NCBI GenBank assembly: GCA_041398025.1
Contig: JAWKVM010000006.1
Location: forward strand, 516 to 64,515
Origin: Alphaproteobacteria bacterium
Lineage (GTDB): Bacteria > Pseudomonadota > Alphaproteobacteria > Geminicoccales > Geminicoccaceae
DNA: 64,000 bases
Direction: 5' to 3'
This document shows, piece by piece, positions 1 to 9,759 of this stretch. The notes below the pieces were generated by a model, which made no database searches, was not told the DNA's origin, and worked only from the letters and a program-made list of their open reading frames with translations. Position 1 is the first letter of the stretch; every line of letters starts with the position of its first letter. A program made the position numbers and the translations under genes.

Positions 1-1067
1 CCGATCACGAAGATGGCGCCCGACGCTTCGAGCTTTTCTCGCATGCCATTTGCTTCCAGGATCTGCAGCACCGCATGGCGTGTGCACACATAGACTGGCT
101 TCCTGAACGTCTGATCTTCCGCCAGCGCTGCCAGCGCCCGGCATTCGTCCAGCGAGAAATGGGGGCTGCCGAGCGCCACGCAGTCGATCTCCACCGACGA
201 TGTGGTCGACAACGCATTGCGCGCGGCCTGCATGTCGGCGGGCGACGGCGTGATCACCGCCTCGGGCGGCTCGCCCGCGAAGGCTTCGGTCTCGGTCCGC
301 GCCTCAGGCGTGACGCCGATGGCGTGGAAAAGAGCGACGGCACCGGTTGACGCGGCAGCAGCACCAAGCGCCTTCAGCCGGTCCTCGCTGACACCAGCCG
401 GCAGGCCCTTGATGGCGGCAACCGTCGAGCCGAGCGTCCTGCCGAGCCAGGCGCCGAGGACCGGAAAAAAGCTGTCATCGTTCAGCAGGGCAGGGGAGAG
501 GGCGTTGAGATCCACAAGGATTTTCGCCACCCGCGCTTCGTCACGATGTAGACCGACATCGGGGGCTCGTGCGGTAAGGGCCGCGCAGATGTCGAAAAAA
601 TCGCCATAGCGATTGGTGCGCGCACCCAGGACGGAATTGGCGAACACGATCGCATTGCTCTCTGCCCAGGCGATCTGTTCGCCGAGCCTGGGGCGATAGC
701 CCGCTTGATAGGGAGCGCAGGTCCAGCTCTGGGTGCAGCCGAGCGCCACATAGGCATCCATTAGGCGTCGGCTCATTGTCTTGGCGTGGGCATCCGCCAG
801 CACCAGCTCCGGATGCAGGATGTCGAGGGCGCCGACATTGAGCGATGAGGGGACCGCCACATGACCGCCGAGGTCCCTCAGCCTCTCCGCGAACAGCACG
901 CCCGCATCACCGAAATAGACGCAGCCGTCGATGTGAGCGGACGTGATCGGCACCAGCCGGTCAGCACCCATCATCCTCGCCGTATCGACCAGAATGCGCA
1001 TTGCCATCGTGGTGGCCGGAGGCGCGTCCGGCGCGAGGAGGTCTCTTTCGTCCGGGCTCAGATACAT
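1..1067 (-). CDS. Aconitase X (DUF521) catalytic-domain protein, 3' end cut by window edge
   Basis: This gene is absent from the ORF track because it runs off the window. My own minus-strand translation from the ATG at 1067 gives MYLSPDERDLLAPDAPPATTMAMRILVDTARMMGADRLVPITSAHIDGCVYFGDAG...QSWTCAPYQAGYRP...NAIVFANSVLGARTNRYGDF..., the conserved core of the AcnX/DUF521 family. Confidence 0.75.
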   Translation of the reverse strand, partial: MYLSPDERDLLAPDAPPATTMAMRILVDTARMMGADRLVPITSAHIDGCVYFGDAGVLFAERLRDLGGHVAVPSSLNVGALDILHPELVLADAHAKTMSRRLMDAYVALGCTQSWTCAPYQAGYRPRLGEQIAWAESNAIVFANSVLGARTNRYGDFFDICAALTARAPDVGLHRDEARVAKILVDLNALSPALLNDDSFFPVLGAWLGRTLGSTVAAIKGLPAGVSEDRLKALGAAAASTGAVALFHAIGVTPEARTETEAFAGEPPEAVITPSPADMQAARNALSTTSSVEIDCVALGSPHFSLDECRALAALAEDQTFRKPVYVCTRHAVLQILEANGMREKLEASGAIFVI

Positions 1068-1307
1068 GATGTGCTGGTGATGTCCATGACCGTTTGCGTA
1101 CTGATTCTCGACGACCAGAACAGACGCCTTTGGCCATGGATGCAAGATCCCGCTGAAGGATCAGTGTCGGTCGTCTGCAGGTAGGCGCCTTCCGACAGAC
1201 GTCTTCGACCGCCGTGCCTCCTTATCTCCGCCGTGGGAAGGGTGTGATCTGCGCATCCGTGACCGCTGACGTCTGCAGTCTTTGTCCTGATCCAGCAGCA
1301 ATCTCCG

Positions 1308-3983
1308 CTAGATGAGAGTGTTCTCTCTTTCCGAGCCAGCATTGCCGGCAAGCAGATCGCGGGCGTGCGGCTTGCGCGAGAGAGCGGGGGCTGGAGCTTT
1401 GGATGCGATGCTGTCGCGCAGTTTAAAAAAGGCCATCAGGTCGGCGAGTTTGCCGGCCTGATCGCTCAGCGACCTGGCGGCGGCCGTGCTCTCCTCGACA
1501 AGGGCGGAGTTCTGCTGGGTCATCTCGTCCATGCCGGTGATCGATGTGTTGATTTCATGAACACCGATGGCCTGTTCCTGCGAGGCGTCCGAAATCTGCC
1601 CGACGATCGTCGTCACCTTGCCGATCGATTCGACGATCTCCGTCAGAGCCTCTCCGGCTTGATTGACCAGCCGCACGCCATCCTTGACCTGATCATTGCT
1701 GTCCTTGATCACTTTCTTGATGTCGGACGCGGCCTGGGCGGACCGCTGCGCCAGCTGGCGGACCTCCTGAGCGACGACGGCGAAGCCCTTGCCCGCCTCG
1801 CCGGCACGCGCTGCTTCGACACTGGCATTGAGTGCGAGCAGATTCGTCTGAAAGGCGATCTCGTCGATCACCGTGATGATATCCGTGATTTTCTGGGCGG
1901 AGCCTTCGATGCCGGACATGGCGCTGACCGCCTGTCTGACCACCTCGCCGCCGGTCTTCGCGGTCTGATCGGCGCTGCCGGCAAGATGGCTCGCGGTCTT
2001 TGCGCTTTCGGCATTCTGCCGAACCGTTGCGGCCATCTCTTCGGTCGAGGCCGCGGTCTCTTCGAGATTGGCGGCCGCCTGCTCCGTGCGCGATGACAGA
2101 TCCTCGGTGCCGACGGTAATCTCCGACGCTGCGTTCTTCACTTCCTCCGCCGTCGACTGGATGTCGGACACGATGCCGATCAACCGACGGGTCGTGTCGT
2201 TGGCATGTCGCTTAAGCTCATCGAAGCGTCCGCGATAGTCTTTCGTGATCTCGCGGCGCAGATCGCCTTGAGCCAGAGCCTCGAGCGTTGCGCCGACATC
2301 GCTGGTCACCTCGTCGACCATGCTGATCAGCTCGTTCATGCCACTAGCAAGGCTGAGCATGAAACCCTGCTTGTCTTCAAGGGGCAGGCGCCTGCTGAGA
2401 TCACCCTGATTGGCAGCGGCGACGACGTTGCTGACTTCCTCCTCGATAGCGATCTCCGAGGTTCGATCCCGCCACTCAACCACCGTTCCGAGCGGCGCGC
2501 CAGCCTCGCTCCGGATCGGACTCACGGCAATCGTCAATGTGTGCCGACCCAGCTTGATGTTGGCTCGGTGCACGGCGTTCAGCCCATCGAGCACGCCATC
2601 CTGACGAGCGGCGTTCCGATGGAAGACACTGATGTTCGCGCCGAGCAACTCGTCCGCCGAAAATGTGGGCAGGACGCGCTGAATTTCGGGTTCCATCGAT
2701 TTCAGCAGGGCGCGCAGGCTGGGATTGACATAGACGATTTCCTGCCGGCGATTGGCAACCATCACATTGGTCTGTGCACCGTCCAGAGCTGAGCGCAGGC
2801 GCGCGGCTTCCAGACCTTTTTGATAAACCTGATCAAGGGATCGACCAAGCTCGCCGAGTTCGTCCAGACGATTGCGGCCCGGGATCTCGACCTGATCGCC
2901 TTTGGCGAGCTTCGCGACCGCGGCAGCGTAGGCGCGGATCGGGGCGATGGTCGTCCGTCCGATCGCCGTGCCGATGATGATCGCGAAGATCAGGGTGGCG
3001 AGCACGATGCCGATGGTGAGGTTGCGCGCCCAGACCGCAGTCGCAACGGCGCCGGCCGCGGCGGCATCGGCCTGCGACGTCACGAGATCGCGAAAGATGG
3101 CGAAGGAGTGCTGGGCTTCTGCTCCGAGCCTTTCGACATCGGCAAGCCGTGCGGTCTCTCTGTCGATCAGCGCCTGAAAGCGCGGCTCGACAACCTTGCG
3201 GAGTTCGTCAAGCGCGACCGTCACCCGTGCTGTGCGCCGTGCTTCCATGCGCACGAATTGCGATTGCTGCCGGTCCTGTGGAGCCCCCAAGACCTTGTCC
3301 TTGGCGTAGACATAGGTCGCCTCTTCGGCCTTGCCCAAGGTATCAAGACGTTCGGCCAGTTCCGGCTCGTCTGGAGCGAAGTTTCGATGCCAGCGGGCAA
3401 AGGTGGTTTGCTCGGGGTCCAAATTGCCGGCGAAATCCGTGCCGAAACGGACCGCTTCTTCGACCGAGCGCAGCCAGCCGGAGAACTCGACTTCGATCCG
3501 ATCGAGCAGTGCGCTGACGCCGACGATTTCACCGTCGATGTCGAAGATCAGGTCTTCACTTTCGCCATGGCCCGCGATCACGGCGGCGACGCTTTCCTGC
3601 AGCGCCGGCACGCGCTCGGCGACCTGTCCGAAAGCCGATATCAGTCCGTCCCGGTTTTCCGAAGGCGGCAGCTGCTGCAGCTGGCGGTCGAGGCGTGCGA
3701 TCGTCGAAGCAAAAGCTCCCATCGCCGACGTCACGTCGGCCTCCGCGCCTTTCAGGTTCCCATGCGACAAAAGCGCGCTCTTCAGGGCGACGAGTGTCGT
3801 CAGGAGCTCGATCTCTGCGACCCGCGCCTGATCTTTCAGAGCGACTTCCTGCTCCATGACCTGATCGATCCGGACAGCGGTCTGGCTGACGAAGTAGGAA
3901 GCAACCACGCCTGAGATCGAGGCAATCGCGGTGATCAGACAAAAGGACAGGAGAAGTCGTGCTTGCAGCGAGCGGCGAATCAT
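1308..3983 (-). CDS. Methyl-accepting chemotaxis protein (helical periplasmic sensor, HAMP, PAS-like, MCP signalling domain)
   Basis: The 891-aa ORF has an N-terminal TM helix and a second TM (IGIVLATLIFAIIIGTAIG). It has a PAS-like segment (VMVANRRQEIVYVNPSLRALL...VVEWRDRT). It carries the canonical MCP hairpin QTNLLALNASVEAARAGEAGKGFAVVAQEVRQLAQRS. Confidence 0.95.
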   Translation of the reverse strand: MIRRSLQARLLLSFCLITAIASISGVVASYFVSQTAVRIDQVMEQEVALKDQARVAEIELLTTLVALKSALLSHGNLKGAEADVTSAMGAFASTIARLDRQLQQLPPSENRDGLISAFGQVAERVPALQESVAAVIAGHGESEDLIFDIDGEIVGVSALLDRIEVEFSGWLRSVEEAVRFGTDFAGNLDPEQTTFARWHRNFAPDEPELAERLDTLGKAEEATYVYAKDKVLGAPQDRQQSQFVRMEARRTARVTVALDELRKVVEPRFQALIDRETARLADVERLGAEAQHSFAIFRDLVTSQADAAAAGAVATAVWARNLTIGIVLATLIFAIIIGTAIGRTTIAPIRAYAAAVAKLAKGDQVEIPGRNRLDELGELGRSLDQVYQKGLEAARLRSALDGAQTNVMVANRRQEIVYVNPSLRALLKSMEPEIQRVLPTFSADELLGANISVFHRNAARQDGVLDGLNAVHRANIKLGRHTLTIAVSPIRSEAGAPLGTVVEWRDRTSEIAIEEEVSNVVAAANQGDLSRRLPLEDKQGFMLSLASGMNELISMVDEVTSDVGATLEALAQGDLRREITKDYRGRFDELKRHANDTTRRLIGIVSDIQSTAEEVKNAASEITVGTEDLSSRTEQAAANLEETAASTEEMAATVRQNAESAKTASHLAGSADQTAKTGGEVVRQAVSAMSGIEGSAQKITDIITVIDEIAFQTNLLALNASVEAARAGEAGKGFAVVAQEVRQLAQRSAQAASDIKKVIKDSNDQVKDGVRLVNQAGEALTEIVESIGKVTTIVGQISDASQEQAIGVHEINTSITGMDEMTQQNSALVEESTAAARSLSDQAGKLADLMAFFKLRDSIASKAPAPALSRKPHARDLLAGNAGSERENTLI

Positions 3984-4096
3984 TGTCTGTCTCTCATGAG
4001 GTGGTAGCCGGCAGATCCCCGACTGGCTGCGGACGGTCTAGCTCGTCGCCGTGTTGCCGGCAGACGAGCTCGATCGGCGGCCGATCTGGCTGCCAT

Positions 4097-4606
4097 CTAG
4101 AGGTGGCTGATATGTTCGATCACCTCTGAGAGTTCCTCCTTCACCTGGTGAAGATGCGCGCGGTTGCGGTCCTTCTGGTATTGCTTCAGAAGGATGTAGG
4201 CGGTTGCGGGATGAACCACGCTGTCCATATGCGAGACGACCGGTCCGAAATGATCGAGTTCCTCGAAGTCGATGCCATGCTCGGCGAGGACACCGCCTTC
4301 GTGCCAGGCCTCCTCGATCTCGTCGAGGTCCATCCGCTTCATGGTTTCGGCACCGTCGATGACCAGGCGCATCACTTCGGCGGCATCAGGATCGCTCGCC
4401 ATCAGCTCGCGGCATCCCTCGACGCCGAGGGCGACGAGCTCCTCCTGGCGCGCGATCAGCGCCGCGATGTCGGCATTGCCGGCATTCAGCTCCTGCACCG
4501 TCTGCGACGCCAGGGCGTTGAAGCGCGCCACATCCAGGGCATCGGCGGGGGCGGCGGCCAGCAGCAGGCACAGAGCGGAGGGAACGAGAATGGAAAACTT
4601 GCGCAT
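4097..4606 (-). CDS. Hypothetical secreted helical protein (signal peptide MRKFSILVPSALCLLLAAAPADA)
   Basis: The 169-aa ORF has a clear Sec signal peptide and AxA cleavage site. It is acidic with helical-looking composition. It sits directly upstream of the MCP gene on the same strand. I recognise no family. Confidence 0.6.
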   Translation of the reverse strand: MRKFSILVPSALCLLLAAAPADALDVARFNALASQTVQELNAGNADIAALIARQEELVALGVEGCRELMASDPDAAEVMRLVIDGAETMKRMDLDEIEEAWHEGGVLAEHGIDFEELDHFGPVVSHMDSVVHPATAYILLKQYQKDRNRAHLHQVKEELSEVIEHISHL

Positions 4607-4895
4607 CGGGATCCCCTTAGATCAATGACTCGTCCCGAAAGCTCGCAGACAAAAATCAATTTTTGGTTAAGAAACTCATGGATTTCTAAAGCTTGTCGTT
4701 CTCTTGTCGAAAGTGGTGCCGGGGCCGCGCGCAACGCAGCGTCCGCTTGCGGGCATGCGACCAGGTGCAGCCCGCACTGCCGAACGTCACCGGGACCAGC
4801 GTTTGCGTTGGCGGGAAGTCGGTCTCGAGCTGCCGTCGTCGACATGCCAAAGCGCGACCATGGAGCGGCGTTCAGCCTGGTCCAGACAGCTGCGC

Positions 4896-5867
4896 TCAGA
4901 GCCGGCCGACGGGGTGGCGTTTGGCGCCTCTCTTCTCGGCGAGCAGGCAGAGCCAGTCATGGGCGACGGTGGCGGCGGCGAGTGCCGTGATCTCGGCGTG
5001 ATCGAAGGGCGGGGATACTTCGACCACGTCCATGCCCACCAGGTTCATCTCGCCAAGGCCGCGGATCAGCGCCAGCGCCTGCCAGGAGGCGAGGCCGCCC
5101 GCAACCGGCGTGCCGGTCCCGGGGGCGAAGGCGGGATCGAGGCCGTCGACGTCGAAGGAGATGTAGAGCGGTGCCTCGCCCGCGCGCTCCCTGATCACGT
5201 CGAGGGCGGCGTCGATGCCGTGCCGATGCACCCAGGGGCTGGTCAGGATCTCGAAGCCGTGATCGCTGTCATTATGGGTGCGCAGGCCGAGCTGGGTGGA
5301 TCTGGCGACGTCGATCACGCCTTCCGCCGCAGCGCGTGCGAACATGGTGCCGTGGTCGAGCTTTTGCCCGTCGTCCTCCCAGGTGTCGCAATGGGCGTCG
5401 ACCTGGAGGAGGGCGATCGGGCCGTGCTTCTTGGCATGCGCCTTGATCAGCGGATAGGCGGTGAAGTGATCGCCGCCGAAGGTCAGCATCTTCGCGCCGC
5501 TTTCCAGGATGTTATCGGCATGCGCTTCGATCGCCGCGGGCACGGTCTCGGGATGGTGGGGATCGACGAAGCAGTCGCCATAGTCGATCACCGCCAGATG
5601 CTGGAAGGGATCGAAGCCGAAGGGGAAGGCCGTCAATTCGGCGAGCTGCACCGAGGCCGCCCGGATCGCCTGCGGACCCTGCCGGCAGCCCGGGCGAAAG
5701 GTGACCGAGGCGTCATAGGGAACGCCGCTCACCACCACGTCGACACCCTCGAGCTCGCGCGTGTAGCGGCGCCGAAGGAAACTCAAGGCGCCGCCATAGG
5801 TCATTTCCGGCCAGCGGCCCTTGGTCTCGCTTTTCCTGAACGCCTGATCGCCCCGTTCCGTGGTCAT
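4896..5867 (-). CDS. Agmatinase / guanidino-acid ureohydrolase (arginase family)
   Basis: Arginase-fold Mn-binding motifs are present: GGDHFTAYPLI, LLQVDAHCDTW, SFDVDGLDPAFAPGTGTP. I set the start at MTTERGDQAF (ATG 5867), which gives about 323 aa, typical for the family. The track ORF extends to 5918. Confidence 0.9.
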   Translation of the reverse strand: MTTERGDQAFRKSETKGRWPEMTYGGALSFLRRRYTRELEGVDVVVSGVPYDASVTFRPGCRQGPQAIRAASVQLAELTAFPFGFDPFQHLAVIDYGDCFVDPHHPETVPAAIEAHADNILESGAKMLTFGGDHFTAYPLIKAHAKKHGPIALLQVDAHCDTWEDDGQKLDHGTMFARAAAEGVIDVARSTQLGLRTHNDSDHGFEILTSPWVHRHGIDAALDVIRERAGEAPLYISFDVDGLDPAFAPGTGTPVAGGLASWQALALIRGLGEMNLVGMDVVEVSPPFDHAEITALAAATVAHDWLCLLAEKRGAKRHPVGRL

Positions 5868-5942
5868 GGTTCTTGTCCCGATATCCGATGTCGTCACCAG
5901 CCTGAGGAGAGCGCCCACCGAGCGCTCTCCCTTCGGCTGCCC

Positions 5943-7616
5943 TCACTCGGCGGCGGCCTCGACCTCGCCCCTGTCGCCGGTGAGCGCTGCCGGCCCGAAC
6001 CAGTCGCCGGTGTCCAGCGGCTGCCGGTCGATGTCGACGATCGGCTGCGGCGGGTCGATCCGCTGGGTCAGCAGCGAGAACACCACCAGGCAGACGATCG
6101 AGGCGAGCAGGCCCCAGATCGAGGCGATATAGAGCGCATCCCACATCGCCCAGTCGAAATACACCCCTTCGACGCCGGGCACCACGTCGGTATTGGCAGC
6201 CATGGTCGCGGGCAAATAGAGGTAGTAGGCGAAGATCCAGACGGCGAACCCGGCGATGAAGGCGGCAAGCGCGCCCATGCCGTTCGCCTTTTTCCAGAAG
6301 AACGCGGCGACGTAGGGCGCGAACAGCCCCACCAGCAGCACCGTCCAGGCGACCACCATCAGATTGTAGATGGTCTCAAAACGGAGGGCGAGCACGAGGG
6401 CGGCGGCGGTGATGATCGGCACGCAAAGGCGGGTCACGAACAGCGTGGTCTTGTCGCTGACCTCGGGGTTGAAGGTGGTCATGCCGTTATAGCCGATGAT
6501 CGAGGCGGCGGCGAGGATCGCGGCCGCTGCACTGGACATCAGCGCCGCCACCAGGCCGCAGACGAACAGCACTACCCCGATCAGCGGCAGATGCTCGGCC
6601 GCCATGATCAGCAGCACCTTGTTCTTGACGTCCTCGAAGCCGAGGTCCGGGTAGAGCTTGAAGGCGATCATGCCGAGGATCACCGGCACCAGGCCGAGCA
6701 CGAGATAGAGCACGCCCGCGATGATGCAGGACCAGACGCTGGTGCGCTCGTCCCTGGCCGACAGCATGCGCTGGGCGAGGTCCTGGGCGGTGATCGAGCC
6801 GAAGCCGATCGCCATCAGGGCCGCCGCCCAGTAGAACCAGCCCATATGGCCGGTGTAGTAGAGAAAGCCGGCATTGCCGTATTCGGGATCGGCGTTCGCC
6901 GCCGAGGTCGGGAAGAAGTCCCACTGATTGAGGTTCAGCATGTTGTTGGCGGCACTGGTGTCGAACACCGCGTCCCAGCCGCCGGCGAGCGGCACCGCGA
7001 TCAGCAGCATCACCACCATGCTGAGAATGATGATCGCCATCTGCAGGGCGTCGGTCAGGGTCAGCGCCCACATGCCGCCGAGATAGGTGTAGATCACCAG
7101 AACCACCGTGCCGAGGCCGATGCCCCAGCCGAGCGGCAGGCCGGTGAAGAACTCGATGATCGTGCCGAAGCCGACCAGCAGCGCTCCGACCCAGCCCATT
7201 TCCGCGATCACGATCGCGAATCCCGCCGCCAGGCCCATATGCTTGCCGTAGCGCAGGCCGAACAGGTCGACCATGGTGAGATAGCGCCCGCGGCGCACCA
7301 GGCGCGCGAACACCAGGCCGACCACGATCAGGCAGAGTGCCGCGCCATAGGGATCGAACAGCACGCCCTGATTGCCGAAGGTGAAGGCGGCACCCGCGGC
7401 CCCCATGGTGGTGCCCGCGCCATACCAGGTGGCGATCAGGGCGCCGGTGCTGAGCACCAGGCCGAGACGCCGGCCGGCGACGAGGTAGTCGGACTCTGAA
7501 ACGACCCGTTTCGAGGCCCACCAGCCGATGCCGAGAAGAATCACCATATAGGCGCCGAGGCCGATCAGCACGATCGTCCCATATTCGTAACCAGTTCCAG
7601 TCGCTTGTTCCATCAC
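5943..7616 (-). CDS. Sodium:solute symporter (SSS) family transporter
   Basis: The 557-aa polytopic membrane ORF has typical SSS N-terminal features (GIGWWASKRVVSESDYLVAGRRLG) and about 13 hydrophobic segments. Confidence 0.9.
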   Translation of the reverse strand: MMEQATGTGYEYGTIVLIGLGAYMVILLGIGWWASKRVVSESDYLVAGRRLGLVLSTGALIATWYGAGTTMGAAGAAFTFGNQGVLFDPYGAALCLIVVGLVFARLVRRGRYLTMVDLFGLRYGKHMGLAAGFAIVIAEMGWVGALLVGFGTIIEFFTGLPLGWGIGLGTVVLVIYTYLGGMWALTLTDALQMAIIILSMVVMLLIAVPLAGGWDAVFDTSAANNMLNLNQWDFFPTSAANADPEYGNAGFLYYTGHMGWFYWAAALMAIGFGSITAQDLAQRMLSARDERTSVWSCIIAGVLYLVLGLVPVILGMIAFKLYPDLGFEDVKNKVLLIMAAEHLPLIGVVLFVCGLVAALMSSAAAAILAAASIIGYNGMTTFNPEVSDKTTLFVTRLCVPIITAAALVLALRFETIYNLMVVAWTVLLVGLFAPYVAAFFWKKANGMGALAAFIAGFAVWIFAYYLYLPATMAANTDVVPGVEGVYFDWAMWDALYIASIWGLLASIVCLVVFSLLTQRIDPPQPIVDIDRQPLDTGDWFGPAALTGDRGEVEAAAE

Positions 7617-7713
7617 AGCCTCCCATGGGCTTTGCTTGCTTTGCTTCGACCGGAGCGCCCTTCGCCCGGTCGAGCGGGAGGGTTCAGACGCAACTTGGCG
7701 TCCCGCCCCTCCG

Positions 7714-7740
7714 AAAGCGGAAAGCGAGGCTTTCCGCTTT
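7714..7740 (-). terminator. Perfect 12-bp stem hairpin downstream of the amidotransferase gene
   Basis: The sequence is aaagcggaaagc-gag-gctttccgcttt, 12 nt after the stop at 7752. No U-tract follows, so intrinsic-terminator function is uncertain. Confidence 0.4.
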
Positions 7741-7751
7741 GTTCCGTCTGA

Positions 7752-8432
7752 CTAGCGCGCCTGCCTGAAAAAGGTCGCGATCCGCTCAGCGATCGCGGGT
7801 GACACGGTTTCCTGATCGAGGTTCCGCCTCGCCTCCTCGGCGATCTCGGCCGGGAGGACGTCGCCGCGTGCCACGATCAGATCGGCGAGAAACGCCCGGG
7901 AAAATTCCGGATGCGGCTGGATGGTCAGCGCCCTGTCGCCATAGGCGAGCGCCGCGTAGCGGCAGAAATCGGTGGACCCGACCACTGCCGCCTCTGCCGG
8001 CAGCGCGGTCACCTGGTCCTGGTGCCAGGCGTGCAGCCTGGCACCGTCGGGAAAGCCGTCGAGGCGATAGGTTACGGGCCCGACCGACCAGCCGCCCTCG
8101 AATTTCTCGACCTTGCCGCCGAGTGCTTGCGCCAGGATCTGGTGGCCGAAGCAGATGCCGACGATCGGGACACCCGCCGCGTAGACACGCCTCAAGAAAT
8201 CCTCGAGCGGCGGGATCCAGGCGTGATCCTCGTAGGCGCCGAATTTCGAGCCGGTGATCAGCCAGCCGTCCGCGTCTTCGGGACGGTCGGGGACGACGCC
8301 GTCCAGCACCGGCCAGGTCTCGAAGGTAAAGCCGTGGCCGGCGAGGAACCGTTCGAAGATGGCGTCATAGTCGCCGTGCGTCGCCTGGAGCTCGTCCGGA
8401 ACCCGGCCGGTCTGCAGGATGCCGATCTTCAT
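7752..8432 (-). CDS. Class I glutamine amidotransferase-like protein (possible gamma-glutamyl-amide hydrolase role)
   Basis: The sequence reads MKIGILQTGRVPDELQATHGDYDAIFERFL...VPIVGICFGHQILAQALGG...HPEF, which includes the GATase1 nucleophile elbow (GICFGHQ). I chose the start at ATG 8432, which has a GGAG-like RBS. The 98-aa N-terminal extension in the track ORF is Ala/Ser/Arg junk. Confidence 0.85.
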   Translation of the reverse strand: MKIGILQTGRVPDELQATHGDYDAIFERFLAGHGFTFETWPVLDGVVPDRPEDADGWLITGSKFGAYEDHAWIPPLEDFLRRVYAAGVPIVGICFGHQILAQALGGKVEKFEGGWSVGPVTYRLDGFPDGARLHAWHQDQVTALPAEAAVVGSTDFCRYAALAYGDRALTIQPHPEFSRAFLADLIVARGDVLPAEIAEEARRNLDQETVSPAIAERIATFFRQAR

Positions 8433-8445
8433 GGCCGTTTCTCCC

Positions 8446-9759
8446 TCAGACGCCCAGCGCGTCGCGCAGGCCGTACCACCAGGACCCGACCATCGAGTAG
8501 GGCACGCGGAACACGCGGCCGCCCGGGAACGGGAACCAGCGGATCTTGGCGAACACGTCGAAACGGCCGAGATCGCCGTCCACGGCCTCGGCCAGGATAC
8601 GGCCGAACAGATGCGAGCCGGTGACGCCGTGGCCGCTATAGCCATGGGCGAAATAGGTGCTGGGGCCGAGACGGCCGAGCTGCGGCACGCGCGAGAAGGA
8701 CAGGGCGAAATTGCCGCTCCAGGCATAGTCCACCTTCACGCCCTTCAATTGCGGGAACACCTTTTCCAGATGCGGCCTGAGCTTGCCCTCGATATCCGCG
8801 GGATCGGTGCCGCCATAGACCGAGCCGCCGCCGAACAGCAGGCGCTTGTCCGCGGAAAGCCGGTAGTAGTCGAGGATGTAGCGCAGATCCTCGACGCAGA
8901 GATCGCTCGGCAACAGCGCGTTCGCGCGCGCCTCGCCGAGAGGCTCGGTCGCGATGATCTGGGTCGAGACCGGCATGACCCGCGGGGTCAGGGTCTTCAC
9001 CACCGAGCCGAGATAGGCGTTGCCGCAGAGGATCAGGGTCCTGCACCGCACCTCGCCGGTCGCGGTCCTGACCACGGGGCGCTCGCTGCCCTCGTCGACC
9101 GAGAGCACCGGCGACATCTCGTGAATCACGCCGCCGTTCCGCTCGAACGCCGCGGCCTCGCCGAGCGCCAGGTTCAGGGGGTGCATATGCCCGCCGGAAT
9201 GGTCGATCATGCCGCCCGCATAGACGTCGCTCGCCACATGGCGGCGCATGGCCTGCTTGTCGATCAGCTCGTGATCGTCCATGCCGTGCTTTCGCCAGAG
9301 CGCCTGCTTGTCTTCCAGCTCCCGCATCTGCTTGGCGTTGCAGGCGGCGAACAGATTGCCGTCCTTCAGATCGCACTGAATGCCGTAGGTGCGGACGCGC
9401 TCGCGGATGATCCGGCCGCCTTCCTGCACCATCCTGCCGATATAGCCGGCGGCCTCGGGTCCATAGCGCTTCTCGATGGTGGCGAGGCTGGCGTTCAGGC
9501 CGTTCACGATCTGGCCGCCATTCCTTCCGGACGCCCCCCAGCCGACCCTGGCGCCTTCGAGGATCATGACCTTGTGGCCCTTCTCGGCGAGGTGCAGCCC
9601 GGCGGAAAGCCCGGAATAGCCGGCACCGACGATGCAGACGTCGATCTCATGGCGCCCTTCGAGGGCGGGGCGGGCAGGGGCGGGGTTGGCGCTCGCGGCG
9701 TAGTAGCTGCCGGGATAGGCGCCGTCGCCGGCATAGGAGCGCATGGCGGCATTCATCAC
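8446..9759 (-). CDS. FAD-dependent oxidoreductase (gamma-glutamylputrescine oxidase PuuB-like)
   Basis: The 437-aa ORF carries the Rossmann FAD motif VCIVGAGYSGLSAGLHLAEKG. Its start overlaps the stop of the upstream GS-like gene. Confidence 0.85.
   Translation of the reverse strand: MMNAAMRSYAGDGAYPGSYYAASANPAPARPALEGRHEIDVCIVGAGYSGLSAGLHLAEKGHKVMILEGARVGWGASGRNGGQIVNGLNASLATIEKRYGPEAAGYIGRMVQEGGRIIRERVRTYGIQCDLKDGNLFAACNAKQMRELEDKQALWRKHGMDDHELIDKQAMRRHVASDVYAGGMIDHSGGHMHPLNLALGEAAAFERNGGVIHEMSPVLSVDEGSERPVVRTATGEVRCRTLILCGNAYLGSVVKTLTPRVMPVSTQIIATEPLGEARANALLPSDLCVEDLRYILDYYRLSADKRLLFGGGSVYGGTDPADIEGKLRPHLEKVFPQLKGVKVDYAWSGNFALSFSRVPQLGRLGPSTYFAHGYSGHGVTGSHLFGRILAEAVDGDLGRFDVFAKIRWFPFPGGRVFRVPYSMVGSWWYGLRDALGV

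Noticed and set aside
4704-7499. A 931-aa plus-strand ORF, the longest ORF in the region.
   Set aside because: It is antisense to the agmatinase-family and SSS-transporter genes. Its composition is Gly/Arg/His/Asp/Ala-rich and repetitive, which is typical of a shadow ORF in high-GC DNA, and it has no recognisable motif.
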